Positions 12,315 to 24,858 of a stretch of DNA of 64,000 bases are shown here, piece by piece; within the stretch, counting starts at the first letter, position 1; each line of letters begins with the position of its first letter. The notes beneath the pieces are model-generated. The model made no database searches. It was not told the DNA's origin and was given only the letters and a program-made list of their open reading frames with translations. Both the position numbers and the translations under genes were made by a program. The stretch is from Laetmonice hystrix (taxonomy: Eukaryota): the NCBI GenBank assembly GCA_965235115.1, contig OZ249436.1:29762001-29826000 (forward strand), given 5' to 3'.

Positions 12315-14279
12315 ATGGCAAGCCTAGATCGTTTACTAGCCGTAGGGGAGAAGCTAGGATTTAAGGGAGAATCTTTGCAAAATTTTGTGATAAAACAGCA
12401 ACAGATCGAACGCGAGGATGAGGAGAAAAAGCGAGAGCGTGAGGAAAGGGCTATTGTGCGGGAAGAGCAAAAGCAGAGAGAGGAGAGGGAGCATCTAGAA
12501 AGGATGAAGAATTTGGACGTACAGTTGAGGGCCGCCACACCGGCGGGAAATGAACATACTGAGGGAGCATCAGCAAGGGCGCCTAGGCTTCCCTCCTTCC
12601 ATGAAGATAAGGACGACCTCGATGCGTATCTAGGCCGATTTGAGAGATATGCGAATTCCCAGAAATGGCCCCGAACTTCTTGGGCCACCAATTTGAGCGC
12701 TCTACTCACTGGAAAAGCGTTAGATACATACTTCCGGTTAACCTCCAGTGAAGCAGAGAAGTATGACTCCCTTAAGGCTGCCCTACTCAAGCGCTTCCAA
12801 CTCACAGAAGAAGGTTTCCGTACAACATTTTTTCAAAGTAAGGCAGAGATAGGAGAGTCAGCTGCGCAGTTCATGACGCGCTTACATAATTACCTCGACA
12901 GATGGAGGGAACTTTCGGGGACAGAGGAGACCCTGGACGGGTTTGTAAACCTGATGGTGCGGGAGCAGTTTGTGATTGCCTGTCATCCAGACCTAATGAC
13001 TTTTCTGAGGGAGCATCGCTTTAAGGACAAACAGGAAGTGATCAAGTGTGCTGATAATTACCTTGCTGCGCACGGAGGAGGATTGTCCATCCCATTGTCC
13101 TCATCTAAACTTCCACACCGGGCCGCTCCCCATCCTTCCCAAGGCATCACCAAACCCACTGGGAGAAATCTGAGATGTTATAAGTGTGGACGGATTGGAC
13201 ACATCGCTGTAAAGTGTCGAGGGGTGAAGGGCGTCAATAACGGAGACCAGGTCCGAACAAGATCCCCGAATGGAGATGACCGTGCATGTTTCCTATGTGG
13301 TAGACAGGGACACCTAGCCAGGGAGTGTCGAGCCTTTGATACTCCACCAACCCAGAAGCACAGCACAGCAGTAGCAGTCGATGGAGGAACCATTGCCACT
13401 CCACAAGGAGAAAACTCAAACAACCCACAGGGGGTGTCATGTCCCCAGCAAGCTTCCTACTCCTGCGGATGCCACAAGCCCCATCCAATCTGTTTCGTCA
13501 CTAGCATAGGAGATGTTGACGCCGACTTTGATGCGGAAATGATAATTGATAGTAATATGCGTTATCCTGTGTGCCACCTGCGCTGCGACCTACCTCCCCC
13601 AGTAACATTCTGCCGCAACTTACCGACAGTCACAGGATTAGTCAATGGACGGGACGTCGAAGCCATGCGGGATTCTGGCTGCAGTGGAGTTGTCGTGAGG
13701 TCGAGCCTAGTCAACCCCGACCAGTATACCGGAGCCCATCGGTTGTGTTTGATGGTCGACGGAACCGCCAGGAAGGTGCCCGTTGCACAAGTTCACATCG
13801 ATACCCCATATTATGTAGGGAAGACGGACGCCATGGTCATGGACACTCCGGTGTACTCTTTGATCATTGGTAATATTCCTGGAGCCAGAGCTGTGGGATG
13901 CCCGAATTCAGACTGGAGACCTACAAGTCCAGCTAAACCGCCTGATGAACAGGACGAATTTAGTATCACTCAAGCAGTCGTCACTCGTAGCCAGGCCGCC
14001 AAGATGGACCAGCCCAAACGACCACTACACGTCTCTGATGAGTGTGTGGAGATCTCCAGTGGAAAGAAAGACCTCAAGGAACAGCAAAAGGATCCCTCAA
14101 TCGCCAGCATCTGGAAGAAAGCCAAAGATCCTCCCTGCCCTCCCTGCCACACCAAGACAGCAGAAACCGCGTTTGAAGTGAGAAACGGCATGCTCCATCG
14201 ATTGTTCAAGAGGAAGCATGGCGATTTACATACAGTTATCAGACAGATTGCGCTCCCCACAGGACGAAGTGTTACATAG
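12315..14279 (+). CDS. gag: Gag-protease (truncated pol) of element 1
   Basis: Coiled-coil N-terminus, SCAN-like capsid region, two CCHC knuckles (CYKCGRIGHIAVKC, CFLCGRQGHLAREC), aspartic protease MRDSGCS, ends at RQIALP where the integrase Zn-binding region should begin. Confidence 0.9.
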   Translation: MASLDRLLAVGEKLGFKGESLQNFVIKQQQIEREDEEKKREREERAIVREEQKQREEREHLERMKNLDVQLRAATPAGNEHTEGASARAPRLPSFHEDKDDLDAYLGRFERYANSQKWPRTSWATNLSALLTGKALDTYFRLTSSEAEKYDSLKAALLKRFQLTEEGFRTTFFQSKAEIGESAAQFMTRLHNYLDRWRELSGTEETLDGFVNLMVREQFVIACHPDLMTFLREHRFKDKQEVIKCADNYLAAHGGGLSIPLSSSKLPHRAAPHPSQGITKPTGRNLRCYKCGRIGHIAVKCRGVKGVNNGDQVRTRSPNGDDRACFLCGRQGHLARECRAFDTPPTQKHSTAVAVDGGTIATPQGENSNNPQGVSCPQQASYSCGCHKPHPICFVTSIGDVDADFDAEMIIDSNMRYPVCHLRCDLPPPVTFCRNLPTVTGLVNGRDVEAMRDSGCSGVVVRSSLVNPDQYTGAHRLCLMVDGTARKVPVAQVHIDTPYYVGKTDAMVMDTPVYSLIIGNIPGARAVGCPNSDWRPTSPAKPPDEQDEFSITQAVVTRSQAAKMDQPKRPLHVSDECVEISSGKKDLKEQQKDPSIASIWKKAKDPPCPPCHTKTAETAFEVRNGMLHRLFKRKHGDLHTVIRQIALPTGRSVT

Positions 14280-14970
14280 GAAGCAGACCCTTGGATTTCT
14301 TTGGTCATCACATCGGAGAAGGTACGATACATCCCCAGGCGGAGAAGGTTACACAGATCCTAGGTGCTCCACGACCAACCACGAAGAAAGAAGTTCGATC
14401 CTTCCTTGGGCTTGTGGGGTATTACCGTCGGTTCATGCCCAACTTCTCCTCCATAGCCACTCCACTATCCAATCTGACTAAGAAGGACCGAAAGAACCGA
14501 GTAGAATGGGGTACGAAGGAGGAGACTGCATTCAACCAACTGAAGGAATCGATAGCTCGCGAACCCATCCTGAAGATGCCAGACTTCTCTCGACCGTTCA
14601 CTCTACAAACGGACGCATCTCAATGTGGAGCAGGAGCCGCGCTCCTGCAGGAGTACGAGGGAGTGAAACATCCAGTAGCCTACTTTAGTAAAAAGTTCTC
14701 CTCCGCAGAAGCTGCATACTCTGTAATCGAGAAGGAGTGTCTCGCGTTGGTGTTGGCTGTCCACCACTTTCAGCGATATTTGTATGGAGTCGAGTTCATC
14801 CTAGAAACGGATCATCAGCCACTAGCCTACTTAAACGAGCAAAGTTCGTGAACAATCGCATTATGAGATGGTCATTGGTGTTGCAAAACTTCCGCTTCAG
14901 AATTCACTCTATAAAGAGAAATGAAAATGTCGTTGCCGACTACCTCAGTCGGACGGGAGGGTCTGACTAA
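14264..14970 (+). pseudogene. pol: RT C-terminus/connection and RNase H fragment (frameshifted near 14840)
   Basis: KCYIG..LDFFGH, VRSFLGLVGYYRRF, LQTDAS, YSVIEKECLA, LETDHQPL; continues in another frame as RIMRWSLVLQ...NVVADYLSR; no YxDD motif. Confidence 0.9.
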
Positions 14971-15044
14971 TGGGTGACATGTCGTTATATGTGAAGTGTT
15001 GGTGAAAATGACCCTACGGGATATTTTCTTGGGTTGGGGGGTGT

Positions 15045-16802
15045 TGTCACATATAACCGGATTGCATTGAAGTTAGCGGTATCCAGTCAAGTGGAACCGA
15101 CCATAACAGCAGTCAGTGGGTCAGGATTCCCGGGGATTCCCTGGTGTATGACGTAGGCTGGTCCTAGCAACCAGGGGATCCGAACTCATATTCTAATCCG
15201 TGTTTTGATTGGGTTTCATGAAACCATGTCGAGAGCACATAACATTTACTGGTAGGGATAATTTTATTGGCGTTACTAGGAAAAGGTATAAACATTTTTA
15301 GACAGGTCAGGAAGTAGTTTCCGGAGGTAGGAAGAGTTTAGCTAGGATCGTGGTACAGGTCGGACGTGTTTTGGAGTTGGAGAGAGAGCGAGCGCACACA
15401 ACTGTGGAGAACAGTACTACTACTGTCAAACTATATCGTGTTTCCAGTTGGAAAAGGAGTCTGTACTCGGCCTTTAGTGTGGAGAGAGAGTGAGCGCACA
15501 GAACTGTGGAGAACAGTACTACTACTGTCAAACTATATCGTGTTTCCAGTTGGAAAAGGAGTCTGTACTCGGCCTTTAGTGTGGAGAGAGAGTGAGCGCA
15601 CAGAACTGTGGAGAACAGTACTACTACTGTCAAACTATATCGTGTTTCCAGTTGGAAAAGGACTCTGTACTCGGCCTTCAGTGAGAAGCGGGAGCACATG
15701 TGGTCTCGGGCGTGCAAATAGACTGTACGGTAGGAAGTTCAGTGAGGAGTGAGAGCACATGAGACGTGCAGTGGTGTGCAAGCGTGTGGAGACGTGGAGA
15801 GACGGAAGGTGAGGCGTGCAGAGGCGTGCAAGCGTGCGGAGACGTGGAGAGACGTGTAGACGTGCAGAGGCGTGCAAGCGTGCATGCGGAGACATGTAGT
15901 GAGACGTGCAATGGCGTGCAAGCGTGCGGAGACGTGGAGAGACGTGTAGTGAGACGTGCAATGGCGTGCAAAGACGTGGAGAGACGTGTAGTGAGACGTG
16001 CAATGGCGTGCAAGCGTGCGGAGACGTGGGGAGACGTGTAGTGACACGTGTAGTGGCGTGTAAACGTGCGGAGACATGGAGAGACGTGAAGGGAGACGTG
16101 CAGTGGTGTGCAAACGTGCGGAGACGTGGAGAGACGTGAAGTGAGACGTGCAGTGGTGTGCAAACGTGCGGAGACGTGAGAGACGTGTAGTGAGACGTGC
16201 AGTGGTGTGCAAACGTGTAGAGAGACGTGTAGTGAGAAGTGTAGTGGTGTGCAAACGTGCGGAGACGTGAGAGACGTGTAGTGAGACGTGCAGTAGTGTG
16301 CAAACGTGTAGAGAGACGTGTAGTGAGAAGTGTAGTGGTGTGCAAACGTGCGGAGACGTAGAGAGACGTGTAGTGAGTGCACAGAGAGGTGTCAAAGTGT
16401 TTGAAGAGATTTGAGTAAATCTGTATTATGTAGAGGCGGTAGAGTGTACAGAGAGGTATCAATACGTTTGAAGGGATTTGTGTAAATCTGTGTTATTTAG
16501 AGTCAGTAGAGTGCGCAGAGAGAGAATTGTACATATTTGTGTTATGCAGACAAGCAGTGGAGTGTATAGAGAGGTGTCAATGTGTTTGAAGGGATTTGTG
16601 TAAATCTGTGTTATGTAGAGGCCGTAGAGTGCTCAGAAAGAGAATTGTGGAAGTTTGTGTAAGGTAGAGAGAGAGAGAGAGAGAATAATAAAGGTTCATT
16701 TTATCCAAATGGTGATTTGAGTATTTGCGATTGGGGGTCATTGAGGGAACTCACGGTTAGCTGCCCACCTTTTAGACCAACATCCCACACCCACGTGTGA
16801 CA
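15045..16802 (+). repeat. 3' LTR of element 1
   Basis: Near-identical direct repeat of 10235-11992. Confidence 0.95.
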
Positions 16803-18631
16803 GGCCTACACTTAGGCCTACACTGTTACTAGCCTTAGGGGCCAACCATTTAACTTTATTGGGGGGGGGGGGGGGGGGGGGGGTAGGAAGATTTGGTTTA
16901 GAAGAATATTTTTTTCGCACAATTTCAGAGCCAGAAAATTTCTTTCTATTTTCTGGTATATTTCTTTCAACCACAGAAGGAGCCAGATTATGTTTTCTCG
17001 AAGAAATTGGAGCCGAAATTTATTCATAAAATCTCTCCCCCCCCCCCCCCGCAATCGAAAACCCCGTCCTTTTGATCTTAGATGGACACTCCGCCCACTT
17101 ACATCCAACGGCTGCATGTTTTATGAAGCCAGTCTCAACATATTACGATCAATAGTTGGAAAAATGGCTTTGGAGTTAACTTATAGATAGAAGTTTAGGC
17201 CTATTCAGAACTAGTGTTAATTAAAAGGACTATGGTGTAGAAAATCTAAACACAATTTTATTTTTTTCCATTCTGAGGTTTTCTTCATCTAAAAGGTATG
17301 AAGAGGGTTCTGCTTGATCAATAACTAAGTTAGCTTGAATGGTGAATTAAACCATTTTTGAATATTGTTGTCTGTCAAAACCATTTGTTTTCATTAAGAC
17401 CTCGGTATTCTTTTATAGATTTAGATCTAGCTGGGGCAAAACGGAACAGGGGGTTCCATATTGCCCCATAGGGGGGTGCCATATTACCCGACCCATGGGG
17501 CAAAGTGGTCCTCTGCCAGAAAAAAATATTTTGTCCATTATATCAGGAAGTTGATAGGTATGGTACTCTTCATCATTATTATTCTAAAGATGACGTAAGC
17601 ATGTATTGGATCCGTGGATATGAGGATCCTGAGTGTAAGCACAAATGCGTTACAAAGTGTCAAAATTAATGGTTCCGTTATGCCCCACCTTCCCCTACTA
17701 CATGGTTAAAAACTGTTGAAAGATACCAAGAAGCAGGAAAATAACGATAGATTCCAATGTAAACACGTTATGCCAAATATCTATGTTATTCAACATGGGT
17801 CATTTTTCCACAGGGGGGGGGGGTCAATTTACCACGTGGTAAATTGACCCCAGGGTCACTTTACCACGGGGTCACTTTACCACATCACAGGGGGTTTACG
17901 AAGTTTAGGTACTTCAAAGATGACCATTAGGCAATGCTCCTCTATGAAATTTAACAAAACGACATCAAATAATGCAATCTCGGGACATCTTGTGTGGAAA
18001 TATGAAGGTTTCCTTTGGTTAAATTAATGCATTTTACACCCCCCCCCCCTTTTACCAAAATGTCCTTAACATAGTAATTTTTTTAAGGGTGGGGGTGGGG
18101 GGGGGGGTTCCGGGATACTTGGAAACCCCCTGGATACGCCACTGTAAATCATATGTTTGGGATGATTTGCTCTTGACACGTGGCCCTATTATTTACCATT
18201 GGGCCTTTCTGAAAATCAACGTGATCAAACGAAATTGTTTTTACATCTTATGTGACCTTTTAGACTTGTACCAAGTAGGCTACCAATGCTTAATTTTTCA
18301 GTAGTCAGGCTGATAGATCCATTTCAACGTCAGATATACATGTATCCGATTATTGTGTTTAACTTCTGATACACTGTAGCCTACATTAAAGGGCCCTCAC
18401 AAAAAAATATGTCTGCATTGGGGTTCTCCGATAATATCCTCATAAATAGCCTAAATTCTAAAAGTCGCCAAATCTCGTCACTGAAAATAACCTTCTTAGC
18501 TTCTGAGACCCCGGGAGTTGTTTTTCATATTCCTATGAATATTGACAGCTTTATTCTGGGGAAAATCACAGATTTTTTTTTAAATTCTGGGACTACATTC
18601 GTTGCGCACAGTTACCAAAGTTGTGCTCTGC

Positions 18632-18676
<45 letters not shown>

Positions 18677-18895
18677 CAACGTTGAAACGGTGGCTTTCAT
18701 TGCGTTTGCGTGCACTCGACTAGTTTTTGTAATGTTTTCCACCATTAGGGGGTTATTTTACAGCTTGTTCACTTGTTCTTATCTCGCCGTTCTTATCTCA
18801 AGGCGCTTTTATTTATTATTGGACCTTTCTGGGAATCAAAATTTAATGAAATTACGGTATCTAATGGGCCCTTACAGACCGATATTGCACACCAG

Positions 18896-20782
18896 TACTG
18901 AAAACTTTAGGTCGTCAAGGATTCGTCACATGCTTGTCAAAGTAACAAATTTAGCCTCGTCAAGGACACTGACAAACTATTGACAAGGTCATTGTCACAA
19001 ACTCGTCATAAAGTCCGTTGTACCTGCTTAGAATGTCGCGTACTTGACACGTGTTTTACATTTTCGTAACGGATGCCGACGGGAGTTAGAGGTCACGAAA
19101 GAAGGTAAGCACTGATTAATCTGAGTAATCTGGTATATAAATGGTGTTATTGTGTCAGATTATCTGTATCATAGCAGAATGTTCTTTAGACTCGGGTGGG
19201 ATGTTAATTTTTGTGAAGAATAGAAAGATGCTCCTTAAATTTATCGATCGAAAATAGGCTTCTTGCACAAAGCCCGACAGTAGAGGGGTTTGTCCGGCAT
19301 GACAGTTTTGGTGGGACGGAATAGGGGAAAGGCCTAACACTGATTAAGCTTAGGCTAGGGTCTAGGGAATCTAGCGTAATCTAGCGTAAGGCCATTTTGT
19401 AACCGGAGACACAGTGACATGGCATGGAGGAAGGGGGGAGTCTGCCTTCCCCACCCAAAAAACAACCAGATTGGAATTGTAAAGATTATAGACTAGTCTT
19501 GAGTCTATAGGGTTTTTAGCCTAATGCTTCTAATTTATATTATCAATTTAGTTTCTGTTCTGCAATTGTTTTGCTTGTTCCGGGTTGGGTGGGTGGGGGT
19601 GGGTGGCAGTCCTGATAATGGGGGGGGGGGGGTCATAATCGAGCCCCTCAGCTCAGTTCCATCACCTCTGTCATAGGCGCCAGAAGCGGGGGGGGGGGGG
19701 GTTGGGGTTGGAGGGGGCGACCGCCCCCTCAATAATCTGGTTGGGGGGGGGGGGGGCATCGCCCCCCAATAATCTGTGATCATGAATTAAAAAAAGCAGG
19801 TTTTTCCACATACAGTAGGCCTGTTGAAACCGTGACTTGGGTGCCTCATAATAAGACTGGGTCGATTGTCCTAATGATACATTGTAACCTATTCATTCAC
19901 GCCTTCAAAACATAAAAAAATCCTGCCTCAAAATGGTGTAGAAAAGCGTTTTAGGGTGTGTAGTTTTCAAATTTTTTTTTCGGGCGGGCCTCCGCACTAA
20001 ACATGTTGTAGCCTATCTTTCGCTTCAGCTCTCTTGCCCCCCCCCCAATAATAATTTGCTTCCGGCGCCCCTGACCCCTGTTAATATTTAAGTACCCCTG
20101 TCCCCTTTTATTCTGTAACCAGGTGGTTACTTTAACCTTCCCTGTAATTTTTCTGTTCTTTTGAAGTAATCTTCCAGTTTTAAATGACATGAATTTTTTT
20201 TATTAAGCATCTTTACCCACGATAACCCACTCGGCTTGGTTCGGCAATTGAAAATTAAAGGTCCAGAACATATACCGGTATTCTTAACATTCTACTTTTG
20301 TATTTCAGGACTGAGAAAGCCGTGGAAGAAGAAGCATGATGATGTCGTAAAGTTAAAAAGACAGACTGGCTATGTTATTAGTTATAAAAGATATCCCAGT
20401 GTCAAAGCAGTGTAAAGGAAAATGTGAAATACAGGAATTTTACTATCTCCATCTATCAAGTTGTTTGTTTTGTCTTAAAAACCTTTAATTGAACGTTATT
20501 CTTTTCAATGTGTTGCAGGGGTTTTTTCAGACATTTGCATGGACTACAGGTTCATGATTATGGAATAGGCCTACATCCAGTGTAGTTTTTGACGAGGTAG
20601 TTTTCGACGAGTTTTTGACAAGGTGACGAATTAAAACTTGTTGTTTTAGGCACCGTCAGTTTGACAAGCCAAAACTTGTTTATTTGACGACCTTTTGGTA
20701 AGTCTCTAGTTGACAACTTTTCGACGAGTTACAGTAGTTTTTGACGAGGTGACGACCTTTTGACAAGTCTGTGTTTTCAGTG
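18896..20782. mobile_element. CACTG-ended (CACTA/EnSpm-like) non-autonomous element
   Basis: (T)ACTGAAAAC ... GTTTTCAGTG termini with subterminal CGTCAA/TTGACG repeats; interrupts the host repeat at GATATTGCACAC (compare 60881-60900). Confidence 0.5.
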
Positions 20783-21549
20783 CGCCATCTTGCGCATTGC
20801 CATTGCATGTTTTAGGTAACAATTACATTTTAATACCATAAAATGTGGAATTTGAAAATATATAGATCTGGGCCTATTATATTTGTTCTGGCATAGATCT
20901 ATTCGTAAATGCTCCCTCATTCATTCAACGACAGTTGCATCTGCTGTAGCAATGAAGGCCATGATCTTAGCTCTACAATGGTGTTACTTTGACTTGTATA
21001 GATCCATATATTACTTAACCCTTTCATGGTTACTGTCCTCAATTGGAACACCACTTAATTCTTGCACAGCGTCCTCATTTGAGGACACTTTTAACGGTGT
21101 TAATTATACAAAATGAAACAGCCACCCTTACAAGTTGTTATTTAGTGAATAAACACTTAATTTTTGCCAGTGGAAAATTTTTCAAGTTACTTTTTCTAAA
21201 TTCGTGCATGTTAAACTGCGGATAATGCGCGGTATAACTATTATAATTTAGTTCCCGACTTGGTCACGACATCAATGATAAAACATCGATAAAACACGCG
21301 TCTCTGAGAATAGGCGGGCAGGCGGGAAGGGGGGGGGGGGGGTCACAGGAAGCGGTTTAACCCCGAGCATGGGAGGATGGCGATGTTTTTTCTTCTTGAT
21401 AATTTGGTCAGTTTTCTCTGGGTAAAAGTTTTATCCACTCATCAAGGTGGAGGGGGGGGGGGTGCAGATCCACGTTCAGTTTTTTTTTGGTATTGGCTGG
21501 GATTCCTGTTTATTTGAAACTATATTTTCTTGCAAATGTGTCTTTTCAG

Positions 21550-21800
21550 AGTGCGGAGGATGGCTTGTACATCCAGACAAAACAGCTGTTGCCAAATCTC
21601 CTAGAGGAGGACTGTTTCACTCTGGTTGTTGAAGGAGTGCCTGTGACAACAACAAACGAGTTGCTAAAATGCATCGAGTGGTACTTTTGTATTTATGAAG
21701 GTCTGAGGAAAACGTGAAACTTCATACAAAATTTCTTCTTCGAGGTGAAAGATAAAGATGTTACAAAGTCAATGCGGACGCTATATCATTTTGCTTAAGA
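21550..21800 (+). pseudogene. Exon-like coding remnant, possibly from a DNA-transposon accessory ORF
   Basis: TTTTCAG acceptor followed by SAEDGLYIQ...CFTLVVEG...WYFCIY...KT*NFIQNFFFEV; resembles EnSpm-associated ORF C-termini (from memory only). Confidence 0.3.
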
Positions 21801-21880
21801 AGTAAATATCAAGGCATTCCTGCACAGACGATTGTGGGAAAGGGAATAATTGGTTACCATGATTTTATGATTAATCGATA

Positions 21881-21963
21881 CTGTAAAAGGACCTGTTCCA
21901 AGTTGTGAAAATGGTTTGATATTTCAAACTAAGGTTTGCAATGATTGTGTGAACAATATATAC

Positions 21964-22003
<40 letters not shown>

Positions 22004-22730
22004 TTTCAAGAAGAGGGTATTTATACAGTTACGTTTGATATACATTACAACAAGAGTTCTATGGGGATGACCCTTTCTTGAGGGTGCTGCCTAAGCCTAG
22101 TAGGCTGTACCTTAACCATAACAAAATGAGAAATACTAATGTTTCGTCCGCCTATTACCGTGGTTGGGCGGCAGTACCCTATACAAAGAAAAACAACAAA
22201 AAACACACACACGCAAGTAGAGAGTATCTCATGAGGATGTTCTGGGGCCCGCCTCTCGAAGACGCCGCAAAGCCACGCACCGCGCATCCCATCGTGAGCA
22301 TTCTCAGACAATAGAATACGCAGCGCGCCCTACTGTAGAAGGACCTGTTCCAAGTGGTGAAAATGGTTTGAAATTTCAAACTAGGGGTTACAATGATTGT
22401 GTGAACAATATATACTGTAGAAGGACCTGTTACAAGTGGCGAAAATTGTATGACATGTCAAACTAGGGGTTACAATGATTGTGTGAACAATAGATACTGT
22501 AGAAGGACCTGTTCCAAGTGGTGAAAATGGTTTGATATTTCAAGCTAAGGGTTGCAATGATTGTGTGAACCATAGATACTGGAGAAGGACCTATTTCAAG
22601 TGATGAAAATGGTTTCATATTTCAAACTAGGGGTTACAATGATTGTTTGAACAATAGATACTGGAGAAGGATCTGTTTCAAGTGGTGAAAATGGTTTAAA
22701 ATTTCAAACTAGGGGTTACAATGAGTTCTT
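21881..22730. repeat. 82-bp tandem repeat (6 copies), first copy separated by a retroposed insert
   Basis: CTGTAGAAGGACCTGTTCCAAGTGGTGAAAATGG... at 21881, 22333, 22415, 22497, 22579, 22661. Confidence 0.85.
21967..22330 (-). mobile_element. Short retroposed element (SINE or 5'-truncated LINE 3' end) with AATAAA+(ACA)n tail
   Basis: Minus strand ends ...GAAAATAAACAACAACAAC...; TACTGT at both junctions within the 82-bp repeat. Confidence 0.55.
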
Positions 22731-23512
22731 GAATGAAAGTTCGTTCACAAGAAAGGTATATCAGAGGGGATGGAAAAGTCTAAAGCTTAGTCAGATTCTC
22801 AGTCAATTTGACTCGGGGTTACAATGATTGTAGTCATAAAAGATTAGTCATAAAAGCCTTAGAAAGTTCGGAGAAAAAGGCACAGTCATGCTGACCAAGC
22901 TCAGATTAGAAAACCAGTCGTTTTGACTAACTTTCTACCCCAGCATTTCTTTCTGTGTACGGTTTGGAATGATCCGTAGCGCAGGGCGATCCGGTAGCTT
23001 CCGTGACCTGGAAAGACGATGATGCATTAATTAATTAATTGATAAGGGTTGACAGGGCTCCATAGTAGGGGTTCCTACGACATTGTTACGGGTTGAGAAG
23101 GATTGTTACGGATAGCTTCCCGAGGCTACTCCGTATAGGTAAGGATAACTTACGGATAGCTACGGCTTACTGTGGCTCACTACGGCTCTCTTAAGCCCCT
23201 GTCCCATACTGCCGTTTAACGATTCCGTCTGCCTCCGTCTAAATATTTACATCAGACGGTGTCAGACGGCGGCAAGTTCATTTTTTTTTTGGCCATGAAC
23301 GGTAGATAGAAAAGCATAAGTAACGTCTAAATACGTCTGAGAAACGTCTGCTGAAGTATGAGTAACGAACAAAACGGCTGAAAAACGTCTGAAATACGTC
23401 GATCACCATTCAGTCTCCGTCTTAAAAAAGGCCAAGCTCCGCCCATCGCCTCCTCAACAGTCGTAGCTCGTGGACAGTCCACATCGATCGTTCTGTGGGC
23501 CGAGAAGGCCCA

Positions 23513-23774
23513 GCCCGGTTTTTTTGTTTACTTTTCCACCGTGAGCAAGGGTGAGCTGAGCTGAGCAAGGGTGAGCATGAGCTCATTCTCACCGTTTTCG
23601 TGTTTTGTGAGTTGTTTTTTTCATGAGGCGTGCTCATGGTGAGCAAGCTCACGAAAAAACACCCCCCAAAAACACGAAAACTGTGAGCAAAACGGTGAGC
23701 ATGAGCTTCTGCTCACCCTTGCTCAGCTCAGCTCACCCTTGCTCACGGTGGAAAAGTAAACAAAAAAACCCGGC
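23513..23774. mobile_element. Palindromic MITE with ~65-bp TIRs
   Basis: GTTTACTTTTCCACCGTGAGCAAGGGTGAGCTGAGCTGAGCAAGGGTGAGCA and its exact reverse complement; CCCA on both flanks. Confidence 0.75.
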
Positions 23775-23958
23775 CCCAACAGGGCTACGAGAGTGAAATT
23801 TCATTTTTTTTTTCATTATTTTAAAAAGTATTGTTGTGAGAAGTTTTAGGTATGCAGGACCCAAGCTTTTTCAGCTGGATGTCCGTTTCTGCATGTCTGG
23901 CCGTTGCCACTCGTTTCTCGCACTTATCTCTAACTTTTTGTATGCGTTTTGACCGTAA

Positions 23959-24858
23959 AGCCCCCGTCACACTTTCCCGGATCAAGCGACGGTTTGGAAT
24001 GATCCGTAGCGGAAGGCGATCCGGCAGCTTCCGTGACCTGGAAAGGCGATGATGCGTGAAACTCCGTATCCAGAACGGGTTGATAAGGGTTGACACGGCT
24101 CCAGTAGGGGTTACTACGACATTGTTACGGGTTGAGAAGGATTGTTACGGATAGCTTCCCGGGGCTACTCCGTATAGGTACGGCTTACTATGGCTCACTA
24201 CGGCTCTCTTACGGGTTGATGCGGTTCCACTACGGATTACTACGGGCTGTTACGTATCTCCGACGGGTTATTACGGATCGAACAGGTTGGGGTGCTCGCC
24301 AATATATAGGCGAGCGTCACCACGTGCCACACGCGTTGGCTACCTTGATTTGAAGCAACCCGTAGCAAGCCATACCAACCCGTCACAATACGTAGGGTAC
24401 CACCGTAGCACACCGTATCAACCCGTAGTGGATACGCACCAATACTTTGTGTAATCCGTTCCTATACCTACCAATACTTACCTATGCGTATCAACCCGGG
24501 AAGGATACCTAACAACACGTAGTGGATCCATCACCGATCACGTGATCACGGCTTACCAGGGAAACGCTAAGTGTCCACGAAGGGTTGCTACGTATCGCCT
24601 ACGGGTTACTACGGGTCATCTACGGGTTGCTACGGATCCGCTACGGCGATTTTATCCGTGGTCGAAATCGAAAAAGTTTTGAACATGTTCAAAACTTTTC
24701 CACGGATCGAAAGACCTCTACTAATCGGTACGGGTTGCCATGGGTAGCTACGGAACATCCCGGATCACGCCGGATCGGACCACGGATCATGCCGGATGCG
24801 CCCGTAGCCCCGATCCGGCAAGACCCGGCGCGCGATCCGGGAAAGTGTGACGGGGGCT
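23959..24858. mobile_element. PIF/Harbinger-like MITE, nested in an older partial copy of itself (22960-23190 and 24861-25030)
   Basis: TIR AGCCCCCGTCACACTTTCCCGGATC / GATCCGGGAAAGTGTGACGGGGGCT; TAA left flank; many CCGTA/TACGG subrepeats; second right end at ~25028. Confidence 0.7.

Larger units (their letters stand above)
10235..16802 (+). mobile_element. Gmr1-like Ty3/gypsy LTR retrotransposon, internally deleted (no IN core, most of RT missing)
   Basis: 1758-bp LTRs (10235-11992, 15045-16802) with TGTCAC...GTGACA ends, about 3 mismatches seen, 5-bp TSD GGCCT, tRNA-Pro PBS, G-rich PPT ~15031-15041. Confidence 0.95.
9486..17695. mobile_element. TIR DNA element (TA-flanked) hosting LTR element 1
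   Basis: TA-GGGGAAAGTGGGGCAAAATGGAACCA ... TGGTTCCGTTATGCCCCACCTTCCCC-TA, with internal GGGGCAAA subrepeats. Confidence 0.6.
9090..18144. mobile_element. CAG-ended MITE expanded to 9 kb by nested insertions
   Basis: Perfect TIR CAGTGGCGTATCCAG / CTGGATACGCCACTG; flanks TATAT / TAAAT (5-bp TSD with one mismatch). Confidence 0.7.

Noticed and set aside
12215..14332. Antisense and alternate-frame ORFs over gag (likewise 40150-42493 over element 2)
   Set aside because: Shadows of the real gag-pol frames with no independent motifs.
18409..18983. Poly-Asn / poly-Gln ORFs
   Set aside because: A (CAA)n microsatellite expansion inside an interspersed repeat; the paralog at ~60670 has only about 3 units.
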